Positions 7,501-17,440 of a stretch of 64,000 bases of DNA are shown here, in pieces; position 1 is the stretch's first letter, and each line of letters begins with the position of its first letter. The stretch covers positions 31,993 through 95,992 of the forward strand of contig JAVBPT010000005.1 in the NCBI GenBank assembly GCA_031549455.1. The letters are read 5' to 3'. A model generated the notes under the pieces. That model was not told the origin of the DNA and searched no databases. It saw only the letters and a program-made list of their open reading frames with translations. This DNA is from Eubacteriales bacterium. GTDB lineage: Bacteria > Bacillota > Clostridia > Lachnospirales > JAKSVV01. The position numbers and the translations under genes are program-made.

Positions 7501-8892
7501 ATGATCTACAAAAGAGAAAATGGATATAAAAATCTGGACAAAAAAAGAATGAAGGAAATCTTTGATTTTGCGGAAGACTATAAAAAGTTTTTGGACAAAG
7601 GAAAGACGGAACGAGAAGTGACCATGCAAATGGAGGCTTTTGCTAAAAAGGCGGGCTTTAAGCCAGCAGAAAGTTATAAAAAACTAAAGGCGGGAGACAA
7701 GGTTTATTATATTAACCGGGAAAAGAATATTGTGCTTGCGGTGATCGGAAAGCAAGAGATCGAAGAAGGAGCAAACTTTATTGTGGCGCACATTGACTCT
7801 CCAAGACTGGATTTAAAGCAAAATCCACTTTTTGAAGACTCAGAATATGCCATGATGAAAACCCATTACTATGGCGGCATCAAGAAATATCAATGGGGAT
7901 CGATTCCGCTTGCCATGCACGGAGTGGTTATTCTAAAGAACGGAGATAAGCTGGATTTGTCAATCGGAGAGGATGAGGACGAACCCATCTTCATGATTCC
8001 AGATCTGTTACCACACCTTGATAAAAACGTACAAAGAGAAAGAAAATCCGAGGATGTTTTAAAGGGTGAAGAGCTTAAGATCATAGTGGGTGCAATACCA
8101 GCCACCATCAAGGATAAAGAGGTAAAGGATCTTGTAAAATATGCAATTGTGGAAAAACTAAATAAGGACTATGGCATTGATGAAGAAGATCTCTTTACAG
8201 CAGAGCTTGAACTTGTACCCGCACATAAAGCAAAGGATGTGGGGTTTGACCGAGCATTGATCGCAGCTTATGGGCATGACGACCGTGTTTGTAGTTACTC
8301 TGCTGCCATGGCCATCATGGATCTTAAAGAGATTCCTCAAAAAACACTCATTTGCTATCTAGCCGATAAAGAAGAGATTGGTTCAACAGGTGGAACGGGA
8401 CTGGAGTCCAGATATTTGGAGTTTTTTATGTCGGATCTCATCACAAAACTTTCGAGTAAGGACGTTTACACGACGCTAACCAAATGTTTATGGAATTCAA
8501 AGTCCATTTCATCAGATGTGGATGCGGGGTTCCATCCCATTTTTAAAGAGGTGCATGATGAACAAAACGCCTCCAAGCTCTCATATGGAATCACACTGGT
8601 GAAGTTCACCGGCGCTAGAGGGAAAGCGGGATCAAATGATGCCGATGCCGAATACATCTCGGAAATTAGGACTTTGTTTAATAAAAACAATATCAAATGG
8701 CAGGTCTCTGAGCTTGGTAAAGTAGACGAAGGTGGCGGTGGAACCGTTGCCAAGTTTCTTGCAAACTATGGCATCAAGACAGTGGATGCAGGACTTGCGG
8801 TACTCGGAATGCACTCACCCAATGAGGTGATTTCGAAATATGATTTATATGAAATTTACAAAGCCTATAAAGTGTTTTTAATGGGCGTATAA
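7501..8892 (+). CDS. M18-family aminopeptidase
   Basis: It contains HIDSPRLDLKQNP, a DDRVC motif and a C-terminal GMHSP motif. A GGAGGG RBS precedes the ATG at 7501. Confidence 0.8.
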   Translation: MIYKRENGYKNLDKKRMKEIFDFAEDYKKFLDKGKTEREVTMQMEAFAKKAGFKPAESYKKLKAGDKVYYINREKNIVLAVIGKQEIEEGANFIVAHIDSPRLDLKQNPLFEDSEYAMMKTHYYGGIKKYQWGSIPLAMHGVVILKNGDKLDLSIGEDEDEPIFMIPDLLPHLDKNVQRERKSEDVLKGEELKIIVGAIPATIKDKEVKDLVKYAIVEKLNKDYGIDEEDLFTAELELVPAHKAKDVGFDRALIAAYGHDDRVCSYSAAMAIMDLKEIPQKTLICYLADKEEIGSTGGTGLESRYLEFFMSDLITKLSSKDVYTTLTKCLWNSKSISSDVDAGFHPIFKEVHDEQNASKLSYGITLVKFTGARGKAGSNDADAEYISEIRTLFNKNNIKWQVSELGKVDEGGGGTVAKFLANYGIKTVDAGLAVLGMHSPNEVISKYDLYEIYKAYKVFLMGV

Positions 8893-8911
8893 AAGAAGTT
8901 GGAGTAATAGA

Positions 8912-9322
8912 ATGAAAGAGATGTTGAAAGATTTTAAGAAATTTGCGATCAAGGGAAACATCATTGACTTATCTGTGGGAGTGATCATCGGGACAGCCTT
9001 TGGAAAAATTACCGCATCACTTGTAAATGATATCATCATGCCGATACTAAGTCTTGTGATTGGGCGGATCAATCTGACCACCCTAAGCTTTATATTGGTG
9101 CACGAGATAGAAGGAAGGGATGCGGTGACGCTAAAGTACGGAAATTTTATACAAATGATTTTAGAGTTTCTGATTATATCTTTCTCAATCTTCTTACTTT
9201 TAAAGTATTTGAATAAGGTAAGAAGCAAGATTGAGGTGGTGGAGGAGAAAAAAGCGGAGTTGCCACCAGCGGATGTGAGACTATTGACAGAGATCCGAGA
9301 TATTTTAAAAGAAAAAAAATAG
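8912..9322 (+). CDS. mscL: Large-conductance mechanosensitive channel
   Basis: It has the N-terminal FKKFAIKGNIIDLSVGVIIGTAFGKI signature. Confidence 0.9.
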   Translation: MKEMLKDFKKFAIKGNIIDLSVGVIIGTAFGKITASLVNDIIMPILSLVIGRINLTTLSFILVHEIEGRDAVTLKYGNFIQMILEFLIISFSIFLLLKYLNKVRSKIEVVEEKKAELPPADVRLLTEIRDILKEKK

Positions 9323-9359
9323 AAATAAGCCGGCAAAAGTAGATTTTGCCGGCTTATTT
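9323..9359 (+). terminator. Intrinsic terminator after mscL
   Basis: AAATAAGCCGGCAAAA-loop-TTTTGCCGGCTTATTT perfect hairpin. Confidence 0.85.
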
Positions 9360-9463
9360 CTTTCTATTTGATCATTCTTTGTCAATACCAAATGAGGTTT
9401 TACATAAAGGACTAGCATTTTTTTCCAAACTCTGATATAATGATGGCAGATTGGAGTCTTTGC

Positions 9464-11155
9464 ATGGAAAAGCTACTAAAAGGGATGATTTATTATATGG
9501 TATGCTATCTTGGCTTTAGCATTCTTTTTAGTCTGCTCTATTTATCAAAAGAGACCATTCATATCGTGCCGATTTACCCAGAGAGTCTTGCTTTTTGGGT
9601 TTATATTTCCTTATCCACTCTGGCTTTATGTATCATTCTGTTGAATAGGAAAACCAGACTGGGAGAGGCAGTCAGAGAGGATTTTATCAAAATTAAGCCT
9701 TTTGTCAATTCACTGGACATCAACCACCTAAAGCTAATGGATTATCATGTGATTCATTATAGAAAAGGACTTGAAGTGGGGCTTATTAAAATCAAAGAGA
9801 AGGTGAAGAAAATTTATATCGATCTAAAAGCCAGAAACATAAGCAGTGTTTTTGTGTTTGAAGACGAAAAAAACCAGTTTTTCGATCGGATGAAGAGAAG
9901 TCTGACTCTCCCGAACTCAAGTAGTTTCATTATCTCAAAGGGGAGAAAATTTTCTGAATCAGAAGAGGAGGAGTGGAAGAAAGAGGGATTCGATCTTTAC
10001 CATATCAATCTCAAAGAGGGCTTTCCGGAGTATAGCATCGACATTTTGAGTTATATAAATACCTATGAAGAAGTGGAAGTCTTTGCGAGAAAAATCTTAC
10101 TCTTTTCGGAGAATTCAGAGATCAGCTTTAGAGAGGATACCATCAAACTACTTATGGCGTGTGTGTTTCTCGTAAAAAGCAATCCACAGGAGGAAAAAAG
10201 AACCATTGAGCAAGTAAAGAGACTGATTGAGAATGCGAGTGCCGCCGAAATAAGACAAAAAATCAAGATCTCAAATACAGGGTTTGAAATCTTAGAGACA
10301 ATGGAAAATAGGGATGACGAGAGGATTTTAGAGTTTCTCCATTTTGCGAAAAGATCACTTGAAAGAGTAAATTGTGGCCTCTTTCAAAAAGGAGAAAAAG
10401 AACTCAACCTGGATGTTTTTAAATCCAACCCTTCTATCTGTCTGATACAGGCCGGGGAAGAAAACAGTTTAGAAGTAGAATTGCTACTAGATCTAATTTA
10501 TAATTATTCAAAACAGGTGTATGACATCGTGAACCGAGATCATAGCATTTACATCAACGTGATGATAGAAGACTTAAGTCTTTATCAGACCATGAATGCA
10601 CTGGAGGAGCATCTGATCGCGGCATCCGTATACAAAATCTTCTATTTAATTGGAGTTCAAAATACAATAGCGTATGAACCTAAATATAAAAAGGAGATAT
10701 TGGAAAATGTAGGAGCAAAACTATTCTTCTCTATCTCAAACAAGCGAACCGAGATGATTCTAAAAGGAGAACTTCAGGCAGATGATAAGAAGCTTGAGAA
10801 ATTATATACCAAACTCGATACCAGCAAAGTACTTGTATTGCTTAACAAAGAAGAATATTTTGTGGTTACAAAATATGACTTTAATGTTGAAAAAATTAAA
10901 AATTATAATATTATAAAAGAAGAGAACGAATTTATTAATAATTTGGCCAACCTGGATCAAAAAATAGATGTAAAGTATGTGGAAGAACCAGTTGAAAAAA
11001 AGGAACTAAAGCTAGAAGTAACAAAGGAAGAAAAGGAATTTATCTCGAGCCTTTTAAAAGAGAAAGCGGAAGAGACGGCTGTGGTAGTGGAAAAAAAACC
11101 AGAGGGACACATGCTTTTCAATCAATTGGTTGATATAAAAAGAGGGAACGGCTAA
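9464..11155 (+). CDS. Membrane-anchored VirD4/TraG (T4CP)-like protein lacking a P-loop (pseudo-ATPase paralog of 55835..57445)
   Basis: It has two N-terminal TM segments and is collinear by eye with the T4CP at 55835..57445 (see finding). The Walker A position reads FVFEDEKNQFF. A GGAG RBS and an extended -10 (TGATATAAT at ~9431) favour the ATG at 9464. Confidence 0.5.
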   Translation: MEKLLKGMIYYMVCYLGFSILFSLLYLSKETIHIVPIYPESLAFWVYISLSTLALCIILLNRKTRLGEAVREDFIKIKPFVNSLDINHLKLMDYHVIHYRKGLEVGLIKIKEKVKKIYIDLKARNISSVFVFEDEKNQFFDRMKRSLTLPNSSSFIISKGRKFSESEEEEWKKEGFDLYHINLKEGFPEYSIDILSYINTYEEVEVFARKILLFSENSEISFREDTIKLLMACVFLVKSNPQEEKRTIEQVKRLIENASAAEIRQKIKISNTGFEILETMENRDDERILEFLHFAKRSLERVNCGLFQKGEKELNLDVFKSNPSICLIQAGEENSLEVELLLDLIYNYSKQVYDIVNRDHSIYINVMIEDLSLYQTMNALEEHLIAASVYKIFYLIGVQNTIAYEPKYKKEILENVGAKLFFSISNKRTEMILKGELQADDKKLEKLYTKLDTSKVLVLLNKEEYFVVTKYDFNVEKIKNYNIIKEENEFINNLANLDQKIDVKYVEEPVEKKELKLEVTKEEKEFISSLLKEKAEETAVVVEKKPEGHMLFNQLVDIKRGNG

Positions 11156-11168
11156 GAAAGTTGGGTTA

Positions 11169-12521
11169 ATGATAGAGAAAAAAATTTTGGTGATTGGGGC
11201 AGCCAGAAGTGGGATTGCACTTAGTAACACGCTTATAAAAATGGATAAAGAAGTAACCTTATATGATCATACAGAGAATTTAAATGAAGAAGAGATTAGA
11301 GCACAACTAGAAGAGGGTGTTCGGTTTTTACATGGGCAGACGGTAGAGGTCTCCTCGCTCCTTGATGAAACACAAGTGATTGCCTTAAGTCCAGGCGTTC
11401 CAACCGATTTGGATTTTTTGGAGGTTGCAAGGACGAAAAGGATCAAGATCTTGGGAGAGATTGAGATCAACTATGATCTTTGCAAACCAAAAGAGAAGAT
11501 CATCGGTATCACTGGAACAAATGGAAAAACCACCACCACCACACTTGTGTATGAGATTGTAAAAGCGTTTGATGTGAACACACTTGCGCTTGGTAATATT
11601 GGGACGCCCTTTTCAAAAGAGGTGCTTGGGGTAGAAAGTGAAAACATTGTTCTTGAGCTTAGTAGCTTTCAGCTTGAGACCATTGACCAATTTAGGCCTC
11701 ATGTGAGTGCGGTTTTAAATATTACACCAGATCATTTGGATCGTCATAAAACAATGGAAAAGTATATCCAGGCCAAGGAAAATATCTTTAAAAATCAGAC
11801 CGCGGAGGATACACTAGTTTTAAACTTTGACGATGAGGTCACAAGAGGGATGAGGGATAAAACAGAGGCAAAGGTGCTTTTCTTCTCCTCGAAGCAGAGC
11901 TTAGAACGGGGGGCGTTTTTAAGGGGAGAAGAGATCGTATTAAAAGACGGAGAAATGGAAGAGGCGATTTGTCACATGCAAGATTTGCAGATTATCGGTA
12001 TGCACAATGTTGAAAATGCGATGGCGGCAGTTTTAATTACGCATGCTTACGGTGTGCCTATTGAGATCATTAGAGAGGTGCTCATTCGTTTTCAGCCTGT
12101 TGAGCATAGGATAGAATATGTCCGCACGCTAGATGGGGTAAAATATTATAATGATTCAAAAGGCACCAATCCGGATTCATCCATCAAAGCGATTCGAGCG
12201 ATGAAGGGGGAAACGATCATCATCATCGGGGGCTATGATAAGAAAATTAGCTTTGATGAATTTGTATCAGCGTTTTCTGGGAAAGTAAAACTTGCCATTA
12301 TTATCGGTCAGGTACGAGATCAACTGGTTGAGACTTGTAACCGTCTGGGTTTTACGAATTATGTCTGTAAGGACACCTTTCCCGAGGCAGTTTTATGTGC
12401 CCACGCCCACGCAAAAGAAGGGGATCATGTTTTGCTATCGCCTGCCTGTGCGTCATGGGGAATGTTTAACAACTACGAAGAGAGGGGAAAGCAGTTTAAG
12501 GAGCTTGTGAATAAGCTGTAG
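11169..12521 (+). CDS. murD: UDP-N-acetylmuramoylalanine--D-glutamate ligase
   Basis: It contains GITGTNGKTTTT and the Mur ligase layout, with an N-terminal GAARSG Rossmann-like motif. Confidence 0.9.
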   Translation: MIEKKILVIGAARSGIALSNTLIKMDKEVTLYDHTENLNEEEIRAQLEEGVRFLHGQTVEVSSLLDETQVIALSPGVPTDLDFLEVARTKRIKILGEIEINYDLCKPKEKIIGITGTNGKTTTTTLVYEIVKAFDVNTLALGNIGTPFSKEVLGVESENIVLELSSFQLETIDQFRPHVSAVLNITPDHLDRHKTMEKYIQAKENIFKNQTAEDTLVLNFDDEVTRGMRDKTEAKVLFFSSKQSLERGAFLRGEEIVLKDGEMEEAICHMQDLQIIGMHNVENAMAAVLITHAYGVPIEIIREVLIRFQPVEHRIEYVRTLDGVKYYNDSKGTNPDSSIKAIRAMKGETIIIIGGYDKKISFDEFVSAFSGKVKLAIIIGQVRDQLVETCNRLGFTNYVCKDTFPEAVLCAHAHAKEGDHVLLSPACASWGMFNNYEERGKQFKELVNKL

Positions 12522-12523
12522 AG

Positions 12524-13867
12524 GTGGATATGAAGAGAATTAAAATGCCGGACGAAGTCCAGTTTGTTTTAGGCGGACTGAAGAAAAATGGGTTTGAAGC
12601 CTTTATTGTAGGAGGTTGTGTGCGAGACAAGATTTTGGGAACAGAACCCCTTGATTATGATGTAACCACTTCTGCAACGCCAGAAGAGATCAAGAAGATT
12701 TTTAGAAAAACTTTTGATACAGGAATCGAACATGGGACGGTGACGGTGATACAGGGAGAGATGGCAATCGAAGTCACCACGTACCGAGTTGATGGAAAAT
12801 ATATAGACAATAGACATCCAGAGAGCGTGACGTACACCAGACTGTTAGAGGAGGACTTAAAAAGGAGAGACTTCACAATGAATGCAATGGCCTATAATGA
12901 TGAGGTGGGCTTGGTGGACATTTTCTCGGGAGAACAAGATTTAAGAGAGGGGGTGATCCGGTGTGTCGGGGAGCCCAATGAAAGATTCCATGAGGATGCA
13001 CTCAGAATGATCCGAGCGGTACGTTTTTCGGCAAAGTTTGACTTTGGGATTGAACAAAAAACGCTCCGAGCGATTCAAAAAAATAGCAGGCTTCTCGAAA
13101 ACATTAGCAAGGAGAGGCTTCGAGAGGAGATGAATAAAATTTTATTATCGGACCATCCCGAAAAAATTGTATCTCTTCACGATCTTGGTCTTCTTGAGTT
13201 TATCATGCCAGAGTTTATTCCGCTTATCGGAAATAAGCAGAACAACCCTTGGCATATTTATGACATTGCTGAACACACCATCCTTTCTGTAAAAAACATG
13301 GAAAAGGATTTGACATTACGGCTCACCATGCTTCTGCATGATATCGGAAAGTCTGATCGGAAAACAACGGATGTCGTGGGGGTTGATCACTTTTATCGCC
13401 ATGCAGAACTAGGGAGCGCGATGGCAAAAGATATTCTAACCAGGCTAAGGTACGACAACAAAACTATTTCCAAGGTGTCCACACTGATTAAATATCATGA
13501 TTTTAGACTGATTACAAAAGAAAAAAATGTGAGACGAGCACTTGCGAAACTGACAGAAGAGGTGTTTTTAGATCTTATTAAGGTGAGAAGGGCAGATGAC
13601 TCAGCCAAAAATCCAGAAAAGGTTCGAGAGGAAAGCGAGTCCATCCAAAAACTCATAGAGGTATATGGGAAGATAAAAAAACAAGGGGACTGCTTTAAAA
13701 AGGCAGACCTTAAAATCAATGGAAGAGATTTGATTGAGCTTGGAATTGTGGACGGGAGAGAGATTGGAAGGATATTGGACAAGGTGTTTATGCTTGTATT
13801 AGAAGACCCAAGTCTTAATGAAAAAGAAAAATTAATTCAGACAATAAAAAGGAACTTTATATTGTAA
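12524..13867 (+). CDS. cca: CCA-adding tRNA nucleotidyltransferase with HD domain
   Basis: It contains GGCVRD, DYDV and RRDFTMNA motifs, followed by the HD region (LLHDIGK). Confidence 0.85.
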   Translation: MDMKRIKMPDEVQFVLGGLKKNGFEAFIVGGCVRDKILGTEPLDYDVTTSATPEEIKKIFRKTFDTGIEHGTVTVIQGEMAIEVTTYRVDGKYIDNRHPESVTYTRLLEEDLKRRDFTMNAMAYNDEVGLVDIFSGEQDLREGVIRCVGEPNERFHEDALRMIRAVRFSAKFDFGIEQKTLRAIQKNSRLLENISKERLREEMNKILLSDHPEKIVSLHDLGLLEFIMPEFIPLIGNKQNNPWHIYDIAEHTILSVKNMEKDLTLRLTMLLHDIGKSDRKTTDVVGVDHFYRHAELGSAMAKDILTRLRYDNKTISKVSTLIKYHDFRLITKEKNVRRALAKLTEEVFLDLIKVRRADDSAKNPEKVREESESIQKLIEVYGKIKKQGDCFKKADLKINGRDLIELGIVDGREIGRILDKVFMLVLEDPSLNEKEKLIQTIKRNFIL

Positions 13868-13920
13868 AATAAAAATATTCAGGTATGATAAAGTAAATTT
13901 AAAAAATGGAGGAAAAAAAG

Positions 13921-15096
13921 ATGATGTTTATGAAAAGCAAAAAGTTATGGATTACTGTTATAATCTTGCTTGTGATCGGTACAGTGGGTGTGTTCGGAAT
14001 GGACTATCTTGCAAAAAGTAGTTTTGCAAACAAGACCCCATTTGAAAAATTGATTTACTCTTCTGTTAAAAACATGAAGTATAGATCATACGATTCCACA
14101 CAAAATGTCAACATGGATTATGCAATCGGGGATTATAAAATAAAGGCGGACATGAACTTTGATGTTAAAAAATCAGGGGACAAAAATTACTTTGGAATAA
14201 TGGCAAAATTAAATGATAAGGAAGTAAATTTGGGATCGATCTACTTTGATGCCCAAAAAATCATTTTGGATCTAACCGGGTTTTACGATAAGCCGTTATA
14301 TGTTTACTATGATGAGATCGGAAAACTTTTAAAGACAGCAGGGATGACAGGAGAGGAATCCAATCTGCATACCAAAGACTATATGGATATTTTCATGAAC
14401 TTTAAAAACAATGCAAACCTAAAAAAGGTTAAAGCAGACACGTATATCGATATGGTGAAAAAGTATTTTGAAGATGCGATTATGTATATTGGAGATGAAA
14501 GCATCACAATTCAAGACGTAAAATACGATACAGAGAAATATAAATTAGATCTTCAGAATGAAAATGTGATCCTTGCAATTGTGGACACTTTAGAAGCGGC
14601 AAAACAAGATCAAAATTTAAAACTGGCTTCTAAAGATTTGGCAACGAACCTACTTAATAAAGCATTGCAAAATGAAGACTACAAAGAGTTTGGTCTTGCA
14701 AAAGAGGAGATGGAAGGTCTGATTCAAACCATTTCAAATGAGTTTGATAGTTATTGGAATCAATTATTAGATGCAATGATCAACACGTATAAAACAGCAG
14801 CGGAAGCAGATTTGAGTGGAATGGACATGGAACTTTTCTATCATCTAACCAAAACAGGAGATATGGTGAAGAGCTATGGATCACAAAAAGTAGACAAAGA
14901 GGGAATAAAAACCCAAATGACATTTGATTCAGAAATCTTTCATATCAATAAAAGTGTAAGCATTCCAAAGTATGATCTAAAGAATGCGATGAATCTTGCA
15001 GTAGAATCTATGGAATCATTACAAGACGTTTTTGGAAAGATCGCACAAGCCTATGGGGCAAAATTTACAGAAATTTTCTTGGGAGATTTACAATAA
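13921..15096 (+). CDS. Membrane-anchored/secreted hypothetical protein
   Basis: It has an N-terminal TM or signal segment (LWITVIILLVIGTVGVFG). No family was recognised. A GGAGG RBS favours the ATG at 13921. Confidence 0.5.
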   Translation: MMFMKSKKLWITVIILLVIGTVGVFGMDYLAKSSFANKTPFEKLIYSSVKNMKYRSYDSTQNVNMDYAIGDYKIKADMNFDVKKSGDKNYFGIMAKLNDKEVNLGSIYFDAQKIILDLTGFYDKPLYVYYDEIGKLLKTAGMTGEESNLHTKDYMDIFMNFKNNANLKKVKADTYIDMVKKYFEDAIMYIGDESITIQDVKYDTEKYKLDLQNENVILAIVDTLEAAKQDQNLKLASKDLATNLLNKALQNEDYKEFGLAKEEMEGLIQTISNEFDSYWNQLLDAMINTYKTAAEADLSGMDMELFYHLTKTGDMVKSYGSQKVDKEGIKTQMTFDSEIFHINKSVSIPKYDLKNAMNLAVESMESLQDVFGKIAQAYGAKFTEIFLGDLQ

Positions 15097-15109
15097 GATT
15101 TTAAAATAT

Positions 15110-15143
15110 AAAAACAGAGTTCAATGTTTAAACTCTGTTTTTT
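15110..15143. terminator. Bidirectional terminator between convergent genes
   Basis: AAAAACAGAGTT-loop-AAACTCTGTTTTTTT hairpin. Confidence 0.8.
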
Positions 15144-15577
15144 TGTTCGAATAATTTTTTGTATTGCCCATAACCTTCTTCTTCTAATCGCTCAACCGGA
15201 ATAAAACGAAGGGCGGCAGAGTTGATGCAATAGCGGAGACCTCCAGCGTCTTTTGGCCCATCTGGAAATACATGTCCAAGATGGGAATCGGCTTTCTTAC
15301 TCTTGACTTCCACTCGCATCAAGCCAAAAGAGGCATCCTTTTTTTCAACGATGGATTCATTTGAAACAGGCTTTGTAAAGGAAGGCCATCCACAGTGGGA
15401 ATCAAATTTGTCCATTGAAGTAAAAAGGGGTTCTCCGCTCACAATATCCACATACAAGCCCCTCTCGCGGTGATAGGTATATTCGCCCGTGTTGGGCTTT
15501 TCAGTTGCTCCGTTCTGAGTCACGTCAAATTGAAGTGAGGAGAGTTGCCTTAGACGTTCTTCTTTGGTCATACTCAT
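15128..15577 (-). CDS. msrB: Peptide-methionine (R)-S-oxide reductase
   Basis: It contains GWPSF and RYCINS motifs. Confidence 0.9.
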   Translation of the reverse strand: MSMTKEERLRQLSSLQFDVTQNGATEKPNTGEYTYHRERGLYVDIVSGEPLFTSMDKFDSHCGWPSFTKPVSNESIVEKKDASFGLMRVEVKSKKADSHLGHVFPDGPKDAGGLRYCINSAALRFIPVERLEEEGYGQYKKLFEQKNRV

Positions 15578-16074
15578 TTCATATCCTCCTCTGCAATCAG
15601 GTTTAGGTTGACATGACAGTATCCGTTTGGGTTTCTAAGAAGATATTGTTGGTGATATTCCTCAGCGGGATAAAAGGAGGTGAGGGGGAGAACCTCTGTC
15701 ACAATGGGTCGATGATATTCCCCCTGCTTTAAGTTTATAAACTGTTTAATTTTTTCTTCATCTTCTGGATCCACATAATAAATGCCACTTCGATACTGGC
15801 TTCCAATGTCATTTCCCTGACGATTTCTGGTAGTGGGATTAACGGTTTTAAAAAACTCGGTGAGAAGTTTTGAAAGGTCAATCAGGTTGCTGTCATAAGC
15901 CAATAGAACTGCCTCGGCATATCCTGTTTCTTTTGTACAAACATCATGATAGGTTGGGTCAGGGGTATGCCCGTTTGCATAGCCACAAGTCGTATGACAA
16001 ACCCCCTTTAGTCTTGAAAAATAGGCTTCGGTCCCCCAAAAGCATCCTCCCGCCAAATATATTTTTTTATTCAT
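15574..16074 (-). CDS. msrA: Peptide-methionine (S)-S-oxide reductase
   Basis: It has the GGCFWG active-site motif near the N-terminus. A GGAG RBS supports the ATG at 16074, and the longer track ORF adds 19 unlikely residues. Confidence 0.9.
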   Translation of the reverse strand: MNKKIYLAGGCFWGTEAYFSRLKGVCHTTCGYANGHTPDPTYHDVCTKETGYAEAVLLAYDSNLIDLSKLLTEFFKTVNPTTRNRQGNDIGSQYRSGIYYVDPEDEEKIKQFINLKQGEYHRPIVTEVLPLTSFYPAEEYHQQYLLRNPNGYCHVNLNLIAEEDMK

Positions 16075-16189
16075 ATGCACTCCATTTAGAAATTCTGATA
16101 ATAGTATACACCAAATCTCAAAAACAATCAAAAAACCTCTTTGTAGGTTTCGGAAAGTATGATATAATGATTTTTAAAAGAGGTATGAT

Positions 16190-17440
16190 GTGAAAGAATA
16201 TGATATCGTGATTGTGGGCGCGGGTGCAGCCGGATTAATCTGTGCTTGCAGGCTTTCCGAACGAATGCCGGATTGTAAAATTTTGATGATTGACCGGATG
16301 AACAAAGTTGGAAAGAAAATATTGGCCACGGGCAATGGACGGTGTAATCTATCAAACGCTCAGATAGTAAGAGAAAAATATCATAGTACGAATCCACACT
16401 TCATCGATTCTGTGATCGAAGGGTCAAATAGACAGGCCATTCTCCCCTACTTTGATGAGCTAGGGTTGAAGACAAAAAGGATTGAGGATGGAATTTACCC
16501 GATTACTGGAGAGGCAGCCTCTGTGTTGGACGTTTTAAGGCTAAAGATAGAAGAGGCCCTAAATGTGGACGTTTTACTAAATACGGAGGCGGAAAAAGTA
16601 GAAAAGAAGGAAAAATATTTCATTCATACAAAAACAGGTGTTTTTTGTGCAGCGACGTTAATCATGGCAACGGGGGGGTGTAGTGCACCCATTTATGGGT
16701 CAAACGGGAGTGGATATGGTCTGCTAGAAGCGCTGGGACATACCAAAAAAGAGACCTATAAGGCATTGGTGCAACTTATAGCGGACAAGCCAAATTTGAA
16801 AAGGATTGACGGTGTGCGTGCAAAGGCAAAAGTCAGGATAGAGGTAAATGGTGTACCTTCTGAAGAAGAGATGGGAGAGGTTCAGTTTACCCGATATGGC
16901 TTATCTGGGATTTGTATTCTAAACCTATCGCATATTGCCTCTTATCATACAGAGGTGATGAAAAATAGGGTGGTTATATGTTTGGATTTGATGCAAAACA
17001 GGATGGAGGAAGAACTCTTCGCAGAACTTATAAAAAGAAGACAGCGTTTCGGAAATCGTCAGCTGGAAAATTATTTAACGGGCCTTTTGAATCAAAAGCT
17101 TGCGCTCTTTCTCTATCAGGAGCTTAAAGTAGATCCCAAAAGAAAAATAAGTTCGCTCAGTGAGAGTGAGATAGAGGGAATAGGAAAAAAACTTAAAAGT
17201 AGTGAGTTTCCGATTATAGGGACCAAGGGGTTTGACCATGCACAGGTTACTGCAGGTGGAATGGATACAAAAGAGATTGATCCAGCTACATTTGAATCTA
17301 AGCTGCATAAAAATCTATACATTCTTGGTGAATTACTAGATTTATACGGAGATTGTGGGGGTTATAATCTAAATTTTGCATTTATGAGTGGTCTTGCGGC
17401 GGCAGATCATATAGGAGAAGAACATGATTCGAATAAATAA
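16190..17440 (+). CDS. HI0933/BaiN-like NAD(P)/FAD-dependent oxidoreductase
   Basis: It contains DIVIVGAGAAGL and the TGNGRCNLSN motif. Confidence 0.8.
   Translation: MKEYDIVIVGAGAAGLICACRLSERMPDCKILMIDRMNKVGKKILATGNGRCNLSNAQIVREKYHSTNPHFIDSVIEGSNRQAILPYFDELGLKTKRIEDGIYPITGEAASVLDVLRLKIEEALNVDVLLNTEAEKVEKKEKYFIHTKTGVFCAATLIMATGGCSAPIYGSNGSGYGLLEALGHTKKETYKALVQLIADKPNLKRIDGVRAKAKVRIEVNGVPSEEEMGEVQFTRYGLSGICILNLSHIASYHTEVMKNRVVICLDLMQNRMEEELFAELIKRRQRFGNRQLENYLTGLLNQKLALFLYQELKVDPKRKISSLSESEIEGIGKKLKSSEFPIIGTKGFDHAQVTAGGMDTKEIDPATFESKLHKNLYILGELLDLYGDCGGYNLNFAFMSGLAAADHIGEEHDSNK

Noticed and set aside
8878-9336. Antisense or alternate-frame track ORFs inside confident genes. Examples are 8878..9336(-) opposite mscL, 21019..21531(-) in the MORN gene, 32450..32911(-) in the giant gene, 17573..18034(-), 6336..6623(+) and 12292..12510(+).
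   Set aside because: Each lies wholly within a well-supported gene on the other strand or frame. They lack RBSs and have low-complexity or hydrophobic nonsense composition typical of shadow ORFs in AT-rich DNA.
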